DNA of 32,000 nt from Candidatus Saccharimonadota bacterium (lineage in GTDB: Bacteria; Bacteroidota; Bacteroidia; Cytophagales; Amoebophilaceae), in NCBI RefSeq assembly GCF_964030745.1, contig NZ_OZ034918.1, positions 840,001 to 872,000 on the forward strand, in the 5' to 3' direction. A model generated the notes under the pieces. The model saw only the letters and a list, made by a program, of their open reading frames with translations. It did no database searches and had not been told where the DNA came from. Of the stretch, positions 6,984 through 15,006 are shown one piece after another. Position 1 is the stretch's first letter. Each line of letters opens with the position of its first letter. A program made the position numbers and the translations under genes.

Positions 6984-9900
6984 CTAACTGCCTTGCTCTT
7001 TTTCTTCACCTTTGCTGATATCCTTACAAAGCTCCAGTGCCTTTTTAGCTGCATTTTCCAATGCTGCACCTATCTCTGGAGCCAAGTATGTATTGGCTAG
7101 CTTAACATCTATGGCAAGGGTTTCCTGTGCCATATGGTGAACCTCTGTTAGATGAATATAACCTGCAGCATGTCGTAGGTCATAGAGTCGTTCGGCTAGT
7201 TTGATAAATAGAACAGAAAGCTGTATATGATCTTCCTTAAGTGCTTCCTTCAAGCGATTCTGCACATACAGCAATGAAGGGTGATCCAGCGCTTGCCGCT
7301 TATCTATCCCTACTACATTCAATACAAAGGCATAGACGCCTAAGTTATAATGCTCCTTCACATAAGAGAGCGGCAAACAGGTATGGCGTACCAATTCATA
7401 GAGCAAAGAGGCATAAATCACTTTAGGAGAGTGAAAAACCCAATCTACCACCAATTCAGCAATGCCTACCGCACGTACATAAAACAATTGACCCGAAGCA
7501 TGCCGCTTAAAGCCAAAATGTTCTCGCAATAATAAAAGCAGATGAGAAACTGTACCTGCATCAATAGGATCTGATTGATAAGAAGATTTGGAGACATAGT
7601 CATAGAACTGCATCAATGTCATCATCGAATCTGCCTGTTCCTTAGGGGTGACAGGAGATGCTGAGCTTAAACAATCTAGTGGTAGTTTAGCAGTCATCTT
7701 ACTCAAGATATCTGTGACGTCATTAGGAAGTATCAGTAACATGGCGGGTTGATTGCTAGTATCCAGTATTTCCAAATAGCCATAATGGGCGCCAACAATA
7801 CTTGAAATAGTTTCCTGCTGAAGATCTACGGATAGTGACGTTTCTTCGCATGCTTGATGATGGCTAGCCTCTACCACATCATCATAGCACTCCTTTACTT
7901 GCAGCTCAGGAGCCACAGTAGCCTGGCTTATTAACAAAGCTGTAGCTTGAAAAAGCATATAAGCAGGATGGTTCCCATCAACAGGATCAGCTTGCTTAAA
8001 CCGCAAAGCAGTCGGATGGAGCTGTATGCGCACAACTGGTCCACAAGCTTCTTCTAGCTTACCAATACGCAAAACAGCCTGAACCAATAAATAGACTACT
8101 TGGTTGATATCACATACAATATGGCCAGAAGACGGCTCATACAGATCACTTGCTTGTTCTACCAATAACCTAGGTGGGTCCGCTACCTCTTGCGACAAGG
8201 CCAACTCCACTTTGCGAAGCAGCTTGTCTAAGGCAATTTTAGTAGGTTGCAACAGGGCATGCTTTTTAGCCTTGGCCCTCCTATTGAAGTAGGCTACCCA
8301 ATCATAAAGTTTATTGATAATACTCTGGAAGTCTTGCTTATAAAGAGGAACATTACTATCTAAAAAAGAGATAGATTCCTCAATTTTGCCTATTACTTGC
8401 GTTAAAATAGTGCCATATCCTTTGGCCTTACGCACCATAGCATCCGGCACTATAGCTGAGTCATAGAGGGAGGCTTTTAGCTTTTGGGCTGCTCTAATCT
8501 TTTCTTGATGCTTTAAGTAAAGAATTTGCGTAGTATAGCTACCCATTTTGACCTTCAATCCAATGATGATAACAAACACTAGTAGATTCGCTATAAATAG
8601 AGGAAATAGGGAAAATAATAGTGGAAAAGACAATCCAGTAGCAATGGGATAAATAGCTAAGGATAAAGTAGTGGCTACAATTCCTATACCCAAGTAGACG
8701 GGGAGTACCCATAAGATGATCGCATAATGGGTCAAAGATAAAGATGCAGTAAAGATTGGGTCTATCAGATGCCACCATTGCCAAAGCAGATGGACAGGAA
8801 GGTAAACCGATAACCCTATCAGCCAAACCAGGCCAACAAACCAATCAGGTACCGACTTGCTAAAGAAAGTTTTAGAAGAGGTAAAAAGCGCACCTAAAAG
8901 GCCTTGGCATACAGCCCAATAGATATGATCTGGTTTAATAAACCAATAATCCAAAACAGCAGTAGTAACCATATAGAGGCCCGTTAAACGTACGGCAGCA
9001 TCACTAGGCAGCAGGCTGGCCAATGTAACTTTTCTATTGGCCCAACCATTTTTAAAAGCCTCTTTTCGTTCCGCCCGCTTACGCGCATGTGCCTGTTGTA
9101 TTTGTTTAAATTGGTGATCCGGACCAACCCAACCTGAACTTTCTGGCTGCTTGAGTAAATAGTGTGCAACCAGCATAGCCAATCCATTGGCCAGCATAGC
9201 AATAAAGGAGCCATCCATCTCTGTTAAGGGCACAATCCATTTGTTCCAGGCTAAAATAGTAAGCACGCCTGTAGCCATACCAATCAAAGCAGTACGGGCA
9301 GTACCACGAAAGCCAAAAATAGCTAAGATAAAAGGAGCAACTGTTATAGGTATGTAAAGATCAAGATTGAGCTTAAGTAAATCCAACAAGTTATTATAGT
9401 AGAAAGTTAGTACCATCGCCAATAGGCCTATAAAAACAGAAGCAATCCTAGCAAGCCGCAACTGATAAGGGTAAGGAGATTCACTTGCACCACGTATACT
9501 TTCCAGCATATCATGGCTAACTGCAACAACGCCTGAGTTTAAGCAAGAATCAGCTGTAGACATGGCCATAGCCAGTAAACTAACAGAAAGGAAACCCTTA
9601 AAAACAGGAGACATACCCTCCATTATATAATCCCAGATCCCTGCTTCCTGCACCGATGGTGCACCTACAAAAACAAACAAGCCAATTAACGATATGATAA
9701 TATTTATGATTATACCAAAAGAACCAGCATACAAAAAAGTGCTTCTCGCCTGAATAGGGCTAGAAGAGATATAAATTCTATGAATAATGGTTGGATCTAT
9801 ATAGGATACAAGAATAGCTAAAATTAGGCCAATCATGGCCAGCAGATTCATATCAAAATGGAGTAAAGTATTGAGTTGAAATTTTTCTTGACTACATAAA

Positions 9901-10562
9901 AATGGAATAATTTCTGAAACCGGCTTGCCCAACTTCTCAAACATAAGCCAAGCCAAGAAAGGAAGAATAATTGCAAAGGTTATAAATTGCAATATATCAG
10001 TAAAAGCAACGGCCCGAATACCTCCAAAGGAGGAATAAAAGATAAGAATTAACGTAGAAAAAACTGTAATCATTACAGGGTTCACTGAACTTATACATAT
10101 CTTAATCGACAAGGCCATCACATGCACTTGCATAGCAACCATGGCAATGGAAGAAGCAATACTGAAAAGAGCCACAATAATTCTGGGGCAGTTACCATAA
10201 ACGTTACCTATAGTTTCTGCCATAGAAAGATTGTGCATAAATGGCCCCATGCGTAGTGCTAGCCAACCGACTATCCACAAGCCTAAATCTCCTAAAATTG
10301 AGACAATTAACCAGTAAAGTCCAAGACTATGAACAAGCTCCACATTGCGCACTAATCCCCCCCCACTATAAGCAGTAGCCAATACCGTAGCCACCAAAGT
10401 AGCGGTAGCAAATTGCTTATTTCCCACTGCATATTCTCGAAAATTGGTTTTTTTTCTACTAAAGTAGATACCTACCACCAAGGTTAATACCAAAAAAGTC
10501 GCCACTATATATAGCGGCATATTCAAGCAGATCATAAAGGGAATGGTTAAAAAAACAATCAT
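6984..10562 (-). CDS. Na+/solute symporter (SSS family) fused to extra TM segments, a degenerate histidine-kinase-like module and a degenerate RelA/SpoT-type HD domain
   Basis: The N-terminal ~480 aa is a multi-TM region with SSS-like stretches (ATAYSGGGL, FGGIRAVAFTDILQ). About 6 further TM helices follow. The next region (about nt 8480-7690) has a HisKA/HATPase_c-like layout but no phospho-His or N-box Asn (IVCDINQVVYLLVQAVLRIGK). The last ~180 aa (about nt 7540-7020) align with the SpoT hydrolase domain (REHFGFKRHASGQLF.., SVLFIKLAERLYDLRH, AQETLAIDVKLANTYL). There the HD..ED motif is replaced by YE..RH (ASLLYELVRHT). The start may instead be the ATG at 10520. Confidence 0.8.
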   Translation of the reverse strand: MIVFLTIPFMICLNMPLYIVATFLVLTLVVGIYFSRKKTNFREYAVGNKQFATATLVATVLATAYSGGGLVRNVELVHSLGLYWLIVSILGDLGLWIVGWLALRMGPFMHNLSMAETIGNVYGNCPRIIVALFSIASSIAMVAMQVHVMALSIKICISSVNPVMITVFSTLILIFYSSFGGIRAVAFTDILQFITFAIILPFLAWLMFEKLGKPVSEIIPFLCSQEKFQLNTLLHFDMNLLAMIGLILAILVSYIDPTIIHRIYISSSPIQARSTFLYAGSFGIIINIIISLIGLFVFVGAPSVQEAGIWDYIMEGMSPVFKGFLSVSLLAMAMSTADSCLNSGVVAVSHDMLESIRGASESPYPYQLRLARIASVFIGLLAMVLTFYYNNLLDLLKLNLDLYIPITVAPFILAIFGFRGTARTALIGMATGVLTILAWNKWIVPLTEMDGSFIAMLANGLAMLVAHYLLKQPESSGWVGPDHQFKQIQQAHARKRAERKEAFKNGWANRKVTLASLLPSDAAVRLTGLYMVTTAVLDYWFIKPDHIYWAVCQGLLGALFTSSKTFFSKSVPDWFVGLVWLIGLSVYLPVHLLWQWWHLIDPIFTASLSLTHYAIILWVLPVYLGIGIVATTLSLAIYPIATGLSFPLLFSLFPLFIANLLVFVIIIGLKVKMGSYTTQILYLKHQEKIRAAQKLKASLYDSAIVPDAMVRKAKGYGTILTQVIGKIEESISFLDSNVPLYKQDFQSIINKLYDWVAYFNRRAKAKKHALLQPTKIALDKLLRKVELALSQEVADPPRLLVEQASDLYEPSSGHIVCDINQVVYLLVQAVLRIGKLEEACGPVVRIQLHPTALRFKQADPVDGNHPAYMLFQATALLISQATVAPELQVKECYDDVVEASHHQACEETSLSVDLQQETISSIVGAHYGYLEILDTSNQPAMLLILPNDVTDILSKMTAKLPLDCLSSASPVTPKEQADSMMTLMQFYDYVSKSSYQSDPIDAGTVSHLLLLLREHFGFKRHASGQLFYVRAVGIAELVVDWVFHSPKVIYASLLYELVRHTCLPLSYVKEHYNLGVYAFVLNVVGIDKRQALDHPSLLYVQNRLKEALKEDHIQLSVLFIKLAERLYDLRHAAGYIHLTEVHHMAQETLAIDVKLANTYLAPEIGAALENAAKKALELCKDISKGEEKEQGS

Positions 10563-10897
10563 TATATGGCTAATGCATGTTAAAATTTATAATAAGGATT
10601 TTTAGTTTAAAAAACAAAGTTTGTGGTATTTCTACAAATTATTGGCTCCTTATTTTTTACATGGAGTATTGGTATGCGCAGCACTTATGGCCACCGATAA
10701 AAGATTTGGTGCGCAGTAAAGGCAATGAAACAATCTATTGTTCAGCCCCCACCCACACCGCGGGCTATACCCAACAGTGTGGGTTATACCCAAAAAAGAA
10801 ACTTCGAGGCCGTTGTGATAGGTTGAAGGTATAATTTTGATTAATCTTCCAGGGTTATTTCCTTGCCATATTTGATGTTATAGTGGTATAAAACTAT

Positions 10898-12037
10898 TTA
10901 TTTACTGATTTTTTAGTCATTTTCAATCTATTTTGGACACACCATTCCCCTAGATACCTCTTAATATGATGTTTGGGGACCTATATAAGTTATAGGCTAT
11001 TGCCTCCATAACATGTTGCGTATGGGTTTTAGCAAGGCCTATATATCTGGCTCCTGAGCTACGGAACCAACTTTTAATACTTCCAAATACCCGTTCTACT
11101 TTATAGCGCGTTTTAGATACTAATTTATTAAACCGTTTAGCAGTGGGTGATAAAGGATTGTTTCTAGCCCCTTTTTTCTGAATAGCTGATTTTAACTTCT
11201 TTTTCTTTAGTAAATTTTCGTTGGGCGACCCGCTATAGCCTTTATCTGCATAGAGTCTGCTGCCTGATTTTAGCCTTACTTTATCCAATAATACCTGTAA
11301 ATGCCCACTATCATGACTAGATGCTTTTGTGGTACCTACGGCTAGCACCAACCCCTCTTTGCTTTCCACAAGAACATGCCGCTTATAGCCATAGTAGAGA
11401 TGATGGCCTTTTTTTATCCAACTTGCTTCTGGATCTACTCCTTTTTGATAACTTTCAGCTGTGGTTATGGTTCCATCTTCATGCAGATCGTAGCTTTTTT
11501 TACCTTTAGGGCGTCTAGGGGTAGGGGTAATAGAAGCATCTACAGCTGCTGAACCGTTTTGAACCAATACACCATGATCAGATAGCTGATTATTAATGAT
11601 ATGCAATAACTTTTCTAAAGCATTCTTCTCTGTAAGGGTAGTTCTAAATCTACTTAGTACACTATGATCTGGAACAGAACTATCCATCGAAATACCACAA
11701 AATCTGCTAAAAGTGATACGATCATTCACTTCTTCTTCGACTGCATAGTCGCTCAAGCCATACCACGTCTGTAGCAATAGCATTTTGAATAGAAGCAGAG
11801 GACTATAGGCCGGTTTGCCTGATAAACGTAAACCTTTAGGATAATGTAATCGGAGTGCTTTTTCTACTACTGACCAATTAACTAGCTTGTTGATTTGATC
11901 AAAGAAAGTGTGTTTGCACTTACGCTTATTGGCGGAAATATCTGAAAAACTTAATTGCTTAGTTTGCTTGAGCGACATACACAATATTATTAAAAGTTTT
12001 AAGCATCAATACCTAAAAAAATCAATAGAATTTAACC
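10898..12037 (-). mobile_element. IS5-family element, approximate boundaries
   Basis: An imperfect inverted repeat was found by eye. The left arm is tactgattttttagtcatt near 10898-10925. The right arm is near 12010-12037, whose reverse complement reads ctattgatttttttaggtatt. The boundaries and any TSD are not resolved. Confidence 0.35.
10950..11984 (-). CDS. IS5 family transposase (DUF772 N-domain + DDE_Tnp_1)
   Basis: Motifs seen are LLFKMLLLQTWYGLSDYAVEEEVNDRITFSRFCGI, VDASI, YGYKRHV, ADKGY and KTRYKVERVFGSIKSWF..RYIGLAK. All are classical IS5-group motifs. Confidence 0.9.
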   Translation of the reverse strand: MCMSLKQTKQLSFSDISANKRKCKHTFFDQINKLVNWSVVEKALRLHYPKGLRLSGKPAYSPLLLFKMLLLQTWYGLSDYAVEEEVNDRITFSRFCGISMDSSVPDHSVLSRFRTTLTEKNALEKLLHIINNQLSDHGVLVQNGSAAVDASITPTPRRPKGKKSYDLHEDGTITTAESYQKGVDPEASWIKKGHHLYYGYKRHVLVESKEGLVLAVGTTKASSHDSGHLQVLLDKVRLKSGSRLYADKGYSGSPNENLLKKKKLKSAIQKKGARNNPLSPTAKRFNKLVSKTRYKVERVFGSIKSWFRSSGARYIGLAKTHTQHVMEAIAYNLYRSPNIILRGI

Positions 12038-12074
12038 TTTTTTTACCTTCTTCTAAAAAATAAAAAGATACTTT

Positions 12075-12650
12075 TTATGGCAAATCGTAAAGGTCTATTG
12101 CAACGGCCTCATTTCGGTAGTAGATCACTTTCTGGTGTCGCTCATGATCAGCCTGTTTTCCCCTATATTTACCTTGTTCGTGCGCTCTTTCGATTCCCTG
12201 TTTCTGTCGTTGCTGACGGCTAATCCAATCCTTATGCGACATTGCGGCCATCAGGTCTATGAGCATATTATTGATTGCGGAAATTACCGCATGGGTTACT
12301 GGATCATTTTGTGCTGGTTCTTTGTCAGACAAAGCCTGCCAAGAGGTAGGTATATCCAGACTTACAATTCTTATTTCGTGCTGTTGAATTTTCTTTTTCA
12401 GTGTTTCCCAATCACTGTTATTCAACCGTGTCAGCCTATCTATCTGCTCTACCAGTAAAATATCATTTTGGTGACTGTCCATCAATAGCCGTCCCAGTTC
12501 TGGTCTTTCCAGTTTTGTTCCGCTTATATTTTCTCGGTAATAGCTGGCGATTTTATGTCCTCTTTCATGAACAAACTGCTCGAGCATTTGTTTTGCGCGA
12601 TCTGCAAACTGGTCTTGAGTTGAAGCTCTCAAATAAGCTCTTATGAACAT
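12075..12650 (-). CDS. tnpR: Serine recombinase / resolvase, apparently lacking the C-terminal HTH
   Basis: The N-terminus is MFIRAYLRASTQDQ (catalytic Ser), followed by LLVEQIDRLTR and the E-helix GIERAHEQGKYRGKQ. Only ~23 aa follow the GKYRG motif, which is too short for the usual HTH DNA-binding domain. It is divergent from a Tn3-type tnpA stub. Confidence 0.8.
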   Translation of the reverse strand: MFIRAYLRASTQDQFADRAKQMLEQFVHERGHKIASYYRENISGTKLERPELGRLLMDSHQNDILLVEQIDRLTRLNNSDWETLKKKIQQHEIRIVSLDIPTSWQALSDKEPAQNDPVTHAVISAINNMLIDLMAAMSHKDWISRQQRQKQGIERAHEQGKYRGKQADHERHQKVIYYRNEAVAIDLYDLP

Positions 12651-12817
12651 ATTTTCATGAATTTATCGTATTTAGGTTATATCATTGAATATATCTCATA
12701 TAGATTATTTCATTAATGAAATTACATAACATTTTTGTTATATCGTTGGCGTATACCCTTATGCGATAAGCATTCCAATCAAAATTAATCTAAAAAATAA
12801 TTATCAATGTAAATTAT
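12651..12817. promoter_or_regulatory. Putative res / divergent promoter region of a Tn3-family remnant
   Basis: This is the intergenic region between divergent tnpR and the tnpA stub. It contains a perfect 14-bp palindrome tttcattaatgaaa (12708..12721). It also has a direct repeat, gttatatcattg (12676..12687) / gttatatcgttg (12737..12748). Assigning these as resolvase-binding sites is inference only. Confidence 0.3.
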
Positions 12818-12934
12818 ATGCCGAGGAGAAAAATTCTTTCTCAGTCCGAAAGAGCATTATTACTGGCTTTACCAGAGGATGAACGTACAATATTTCCAAT
12901 ATTCCAGTTTATCCCAAATCGGACTTTTAGCTAA
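12818..12934 (+). pseudogene. tnpA: Tn3-family transposase N-terminal stub (38 codons)
   Basis: The translation is MPRRKILSQSERALLLALPEDERTIF... This matches the conserved start of Tn21/Tn501-type TnpA (MPRRSILSAAERESLLALPD..., DUF4158 region). Similarity is lost after ~25 aa and a stop occurs at 12932. Confidence 0.65.
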
Positions 12935-12940
12935 AATACC

Positions 12941-12978
12941 ATTAAATGCTATAAAAACTACCTATCTTGCAGTGTGCA
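12941..12978 (+). promoter_or_regulatory. Conserved upstream motif, copy a (attaaatgctaYaaaaaMtaYctatcttgcagtgtg)
   Basis: It lies ~40-75 nt upstream of the ATG at 13015. It matches the copy at 24044..24081 at 33 of the first 36 positions. It also matches the copy at 16851..16888 on the minus strand. Confidence 0.5.
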
Positions 12979-13014
12979 TCACGCTTCTACATCCATAAAT
13001 AAAAGGCACAGGAT

Positions 13015-13509
13015 ATGAATTATAAAAAAGAAGAGAAAGAACTAAAAATAGCAGAGAAATCAGGAGGTATTTCCGAAAGTGTGCAAATCCCTATTGGGAA
13101 AGCCAGTGTTAAGCAGATGATAGATGCTGGCTTTTATGCAGATAAAACCCCTTATATTAACAAACTTTTTAAAGATGATGGTACTTATTTCTTCTTTATA
13201 AGACCGCGTAGATTTGGTAAATCTCTACTCCTAGACACCATAGATCAAATAGCAAAAGGGAATAAAGCATTATTTAAAGGGTGTGCTATTTATGAAGATA
13301 AAACATACAAATGGGAAAAATATCCTGTTATTTGGTTGAATTTTTCAGAGTTGGCTAAAGACAACCCAACGGAATTAAAAAAGAGCCTTAACAGAAAATT
13401 GTATGATATTGCTGAGCTTTTTGAGTTACACGATAAGATAAATATTTCGGTAGAGGAAGCATGTGAAGATTACCTAAAGAGGGTAATCAATTTGTTAAAT
13501 AAACTTGCT
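13015..13509 (+). pseudogene. AAA-ATPase_like family gene, 5' fragment truncated by IS256
   Basis: The first ~165 codons are near-identical to the N-terminus of 15007..16812 (SVQIPIGKAS.KQMIDAGFYADKTPYINKLFKDDGTYFFFIRPRRFGKSLLLDTIDQIAKGNKALF). The reading frame runs straight into the IS256 left inverted repeat at 13510. Confidence 0.85.
13084..13352. repeat. ~270-bp inverted repeat partner of 16484..16749 (paralogous 5' coding sequence)
   Basis: The nucleotide sequence 13084..13352 is very similar, with few mismatches by eye, to the reverse complement of 16484..16749. Confidence 0.85.
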
Positions 13510-14847
13510 GGGTCTGTCTTTTAAAGTGTGTAAATAATTTTTAGGTTGTCTATTTTTGTAGACATTAACGCTTAACCCTAAAAAGATGAAAAGAAAAGAC
13601 ATACCTAAAGACGGCATAAGTAAGGCTATAGATGTACGTGTAGATTCAGGCGTAGACTTATCGACCCTATTTGACCAAGGCGGTTTACTCAAACAATTAA
13701 GTAAGCGTCTTGTAGAAAAAGCATTAGAGTCAGAAATGGATAGCCATTTAGGCTATAACAAGCATGCTCGTAGTGATTCAGAGAATTCACGTAATGGCTT
13801 ATCCAGCAAGCAAGTTGTCACTGATAATGGGGTTATATCGGTTGAAGTTCCAAGAGATAGATCCTCTACTTTTGAACCTGTTTTATTACCTAAACGTCAA
13901 ACAAGAATTCCTGGTCTAGATGACAAGATCTTATCTCTGTATGCTAAAGGTATGAGCCTATCAGATATTCAGATTCAAATACAGGAATTATATGGTGCAG
14001 AAGTTAGTGAAAGCCTCATAAGTAACATCACAGATTCTGTTATTGAAGATGTTAAGATATGGCAAAATCGCCCATTAGAATCAGTCTATCCTATTGTTTT
14101 TTTTGATTGTTTTGTAGTTAAAGTTAGACAAGATAAACGTATCATCAACAAGGCAGTCTATGTTGCTTTAGGTATAGATAGATCTGGCATAAAGGATGTT
14201 TTAGGTCTGTGGATGAGTGAAAATGAAGGAGCTAAATTTTGGTTAGGCAATTTAACAGAACTCAAAAATCGGGGTATGAACGATATGCTCATTGCATGTA
14301 CAGATAACCTGCCAGGTATGTCTGAGGCAATCGCTGCTGTATACCCTAAAACAGATCACCAACTCTGTATTGTTCATGCCATTAGGAATAGTTTACAATA
14401 TGTTTCTTATAAACATAGAAAGACATTAGCTGCTGATTTAAAGCCAATTTATACGGCAGTTACGGAAGAAGAAGCCCTGATGGCATTAGAAACTTTTGCT
14501 ACTAAGTGGGACAAACAATACCCACAAATAGCCAAGTCTTGGTATGCTAATTGGAATAATCTGATGGTGTTTTTACAATATCCTAGTGCCATACGTAGGG
14601 TCATTTACACAACCAATGCCGTCGAATCTGTAAATAGCCAATTTCGTAGAGTTACCAAAAATAAAAGGGTCTTTCCTAACGATATAGCTGTGTTTAAAAC
14701 ATTATATTTAACTATTAACTACATGACTAGAAAATGGACCAGCTCGGTTCAAAATTGGAGTGAGGCTATGGCTCATTTTTTAATTAAATTCGAAAACAGA
14801 ATCTAAAAACACTAAAAAATAAGTTACACACTTTAAAAGACAGACCC
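13510..14847 (+). mobile_element. IS256-family insertion sequence with perfect 24-bp terminal IRs, no target-site duplication
   Basis: IRL is gggtctgtcttttaaagtgtgtaa (13510..13533). IRR is ttacacactttaaaagacagaccc (14824..14847), its exact reverse complement. The flanking 8-mers differ (aacttgct vs cttctgaa). Confidence 0.9.
13586..14806 (+). CDS. IS256 family transposase (Transposase_mut)
   Basis: Motifs seen are MDSHLGY, NSRNG, VPRDR..FEP, ILSLYAKGMS, WQNRPLE, YPIVFFD, GAKFWL, LKNRG, QLCIVH and YTTNAVES. All are IS256-family hallmarks (PF00872-type). Confidence 0.92.
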   Translation: MKRKDIPKDGISKAIDVRVDSGVDLSTLFDQGGLLKQLSKRLVEKALESEMDSHLGYNKHARSDSENSRNGLSSKQVVTDNGVISVEVPRDRSSTFEPVLLPKRQTRIPGLDDKILSLYAKGMSLSDIQIQIQELYGAEVSESLISNITDSVIEDVKIWQNRPLESVYPIVFFDCFVVKVRQDKRIINKAVYVALGIDRSGIKDVLGLWMSENEGAKFWLGNLTELKNRGMNDMLIACTDNLPGMSEAIAAVYPKTDHQLCIVHAIRNSLQYVSYKHRKTLAADLKPIYTAVTEEEALMALETFATKWDKQYPQIAKSWYANWNNLMVFLQYPSAIRRVIYTTNAVESVNSQFRRVTKNKRVFPNDIAVFKTLYLTINYMTRKWTSSVQNWSEAMAHFLIKFENRI

Positions 14848-14962
14848 CTTCTGAATTAGGATATCCATTGTAGATACTTAAACCAAACTGCTAATCTCTA
14901 TCAATATTAGTTATTATTACGTGTCTTATCTTCATGAACAAAATAAAAAAGGAGTAGTATAC
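14848..14962 (+). repeat. 115-bp duplicate of 19170..19284 (3' end of a CPBP gene + spacer + first 7 codons of the next paralogue)
   Basis: The two copies are identical except for 2 mismatches. In this copy the MNKIKKE start is followed by a TAG. It abuts the right end of IS256. Confidence 0.9.
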
Positions 14963-15006
14963 TATACGAATCACACACATCAAGTCTCTATTTCCATTTC
15001 TATAAC

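Noticed and set aside
7241-9214. Short ORFs inside or antisense to the symporter-fusion gene (7241..7426 +, 7350..7532 +, 8104..8292 +, 8539..8844 -, 8984..9214 -).
   Set aside because: They are fully embedded in a 1192-aa ORF with clear family similarity. They have no motifs of their own and have typical shadow-ORF lengths.
10577-10834. 85-aa ORF in the symporter/IS5 intergenic region.
   Set aside because: It has no recognisable similarity and an odd composition, and it spans the GC-rich structured patch. The region is more plausibly non-coding, and it is reported as a low-interest finding instead.
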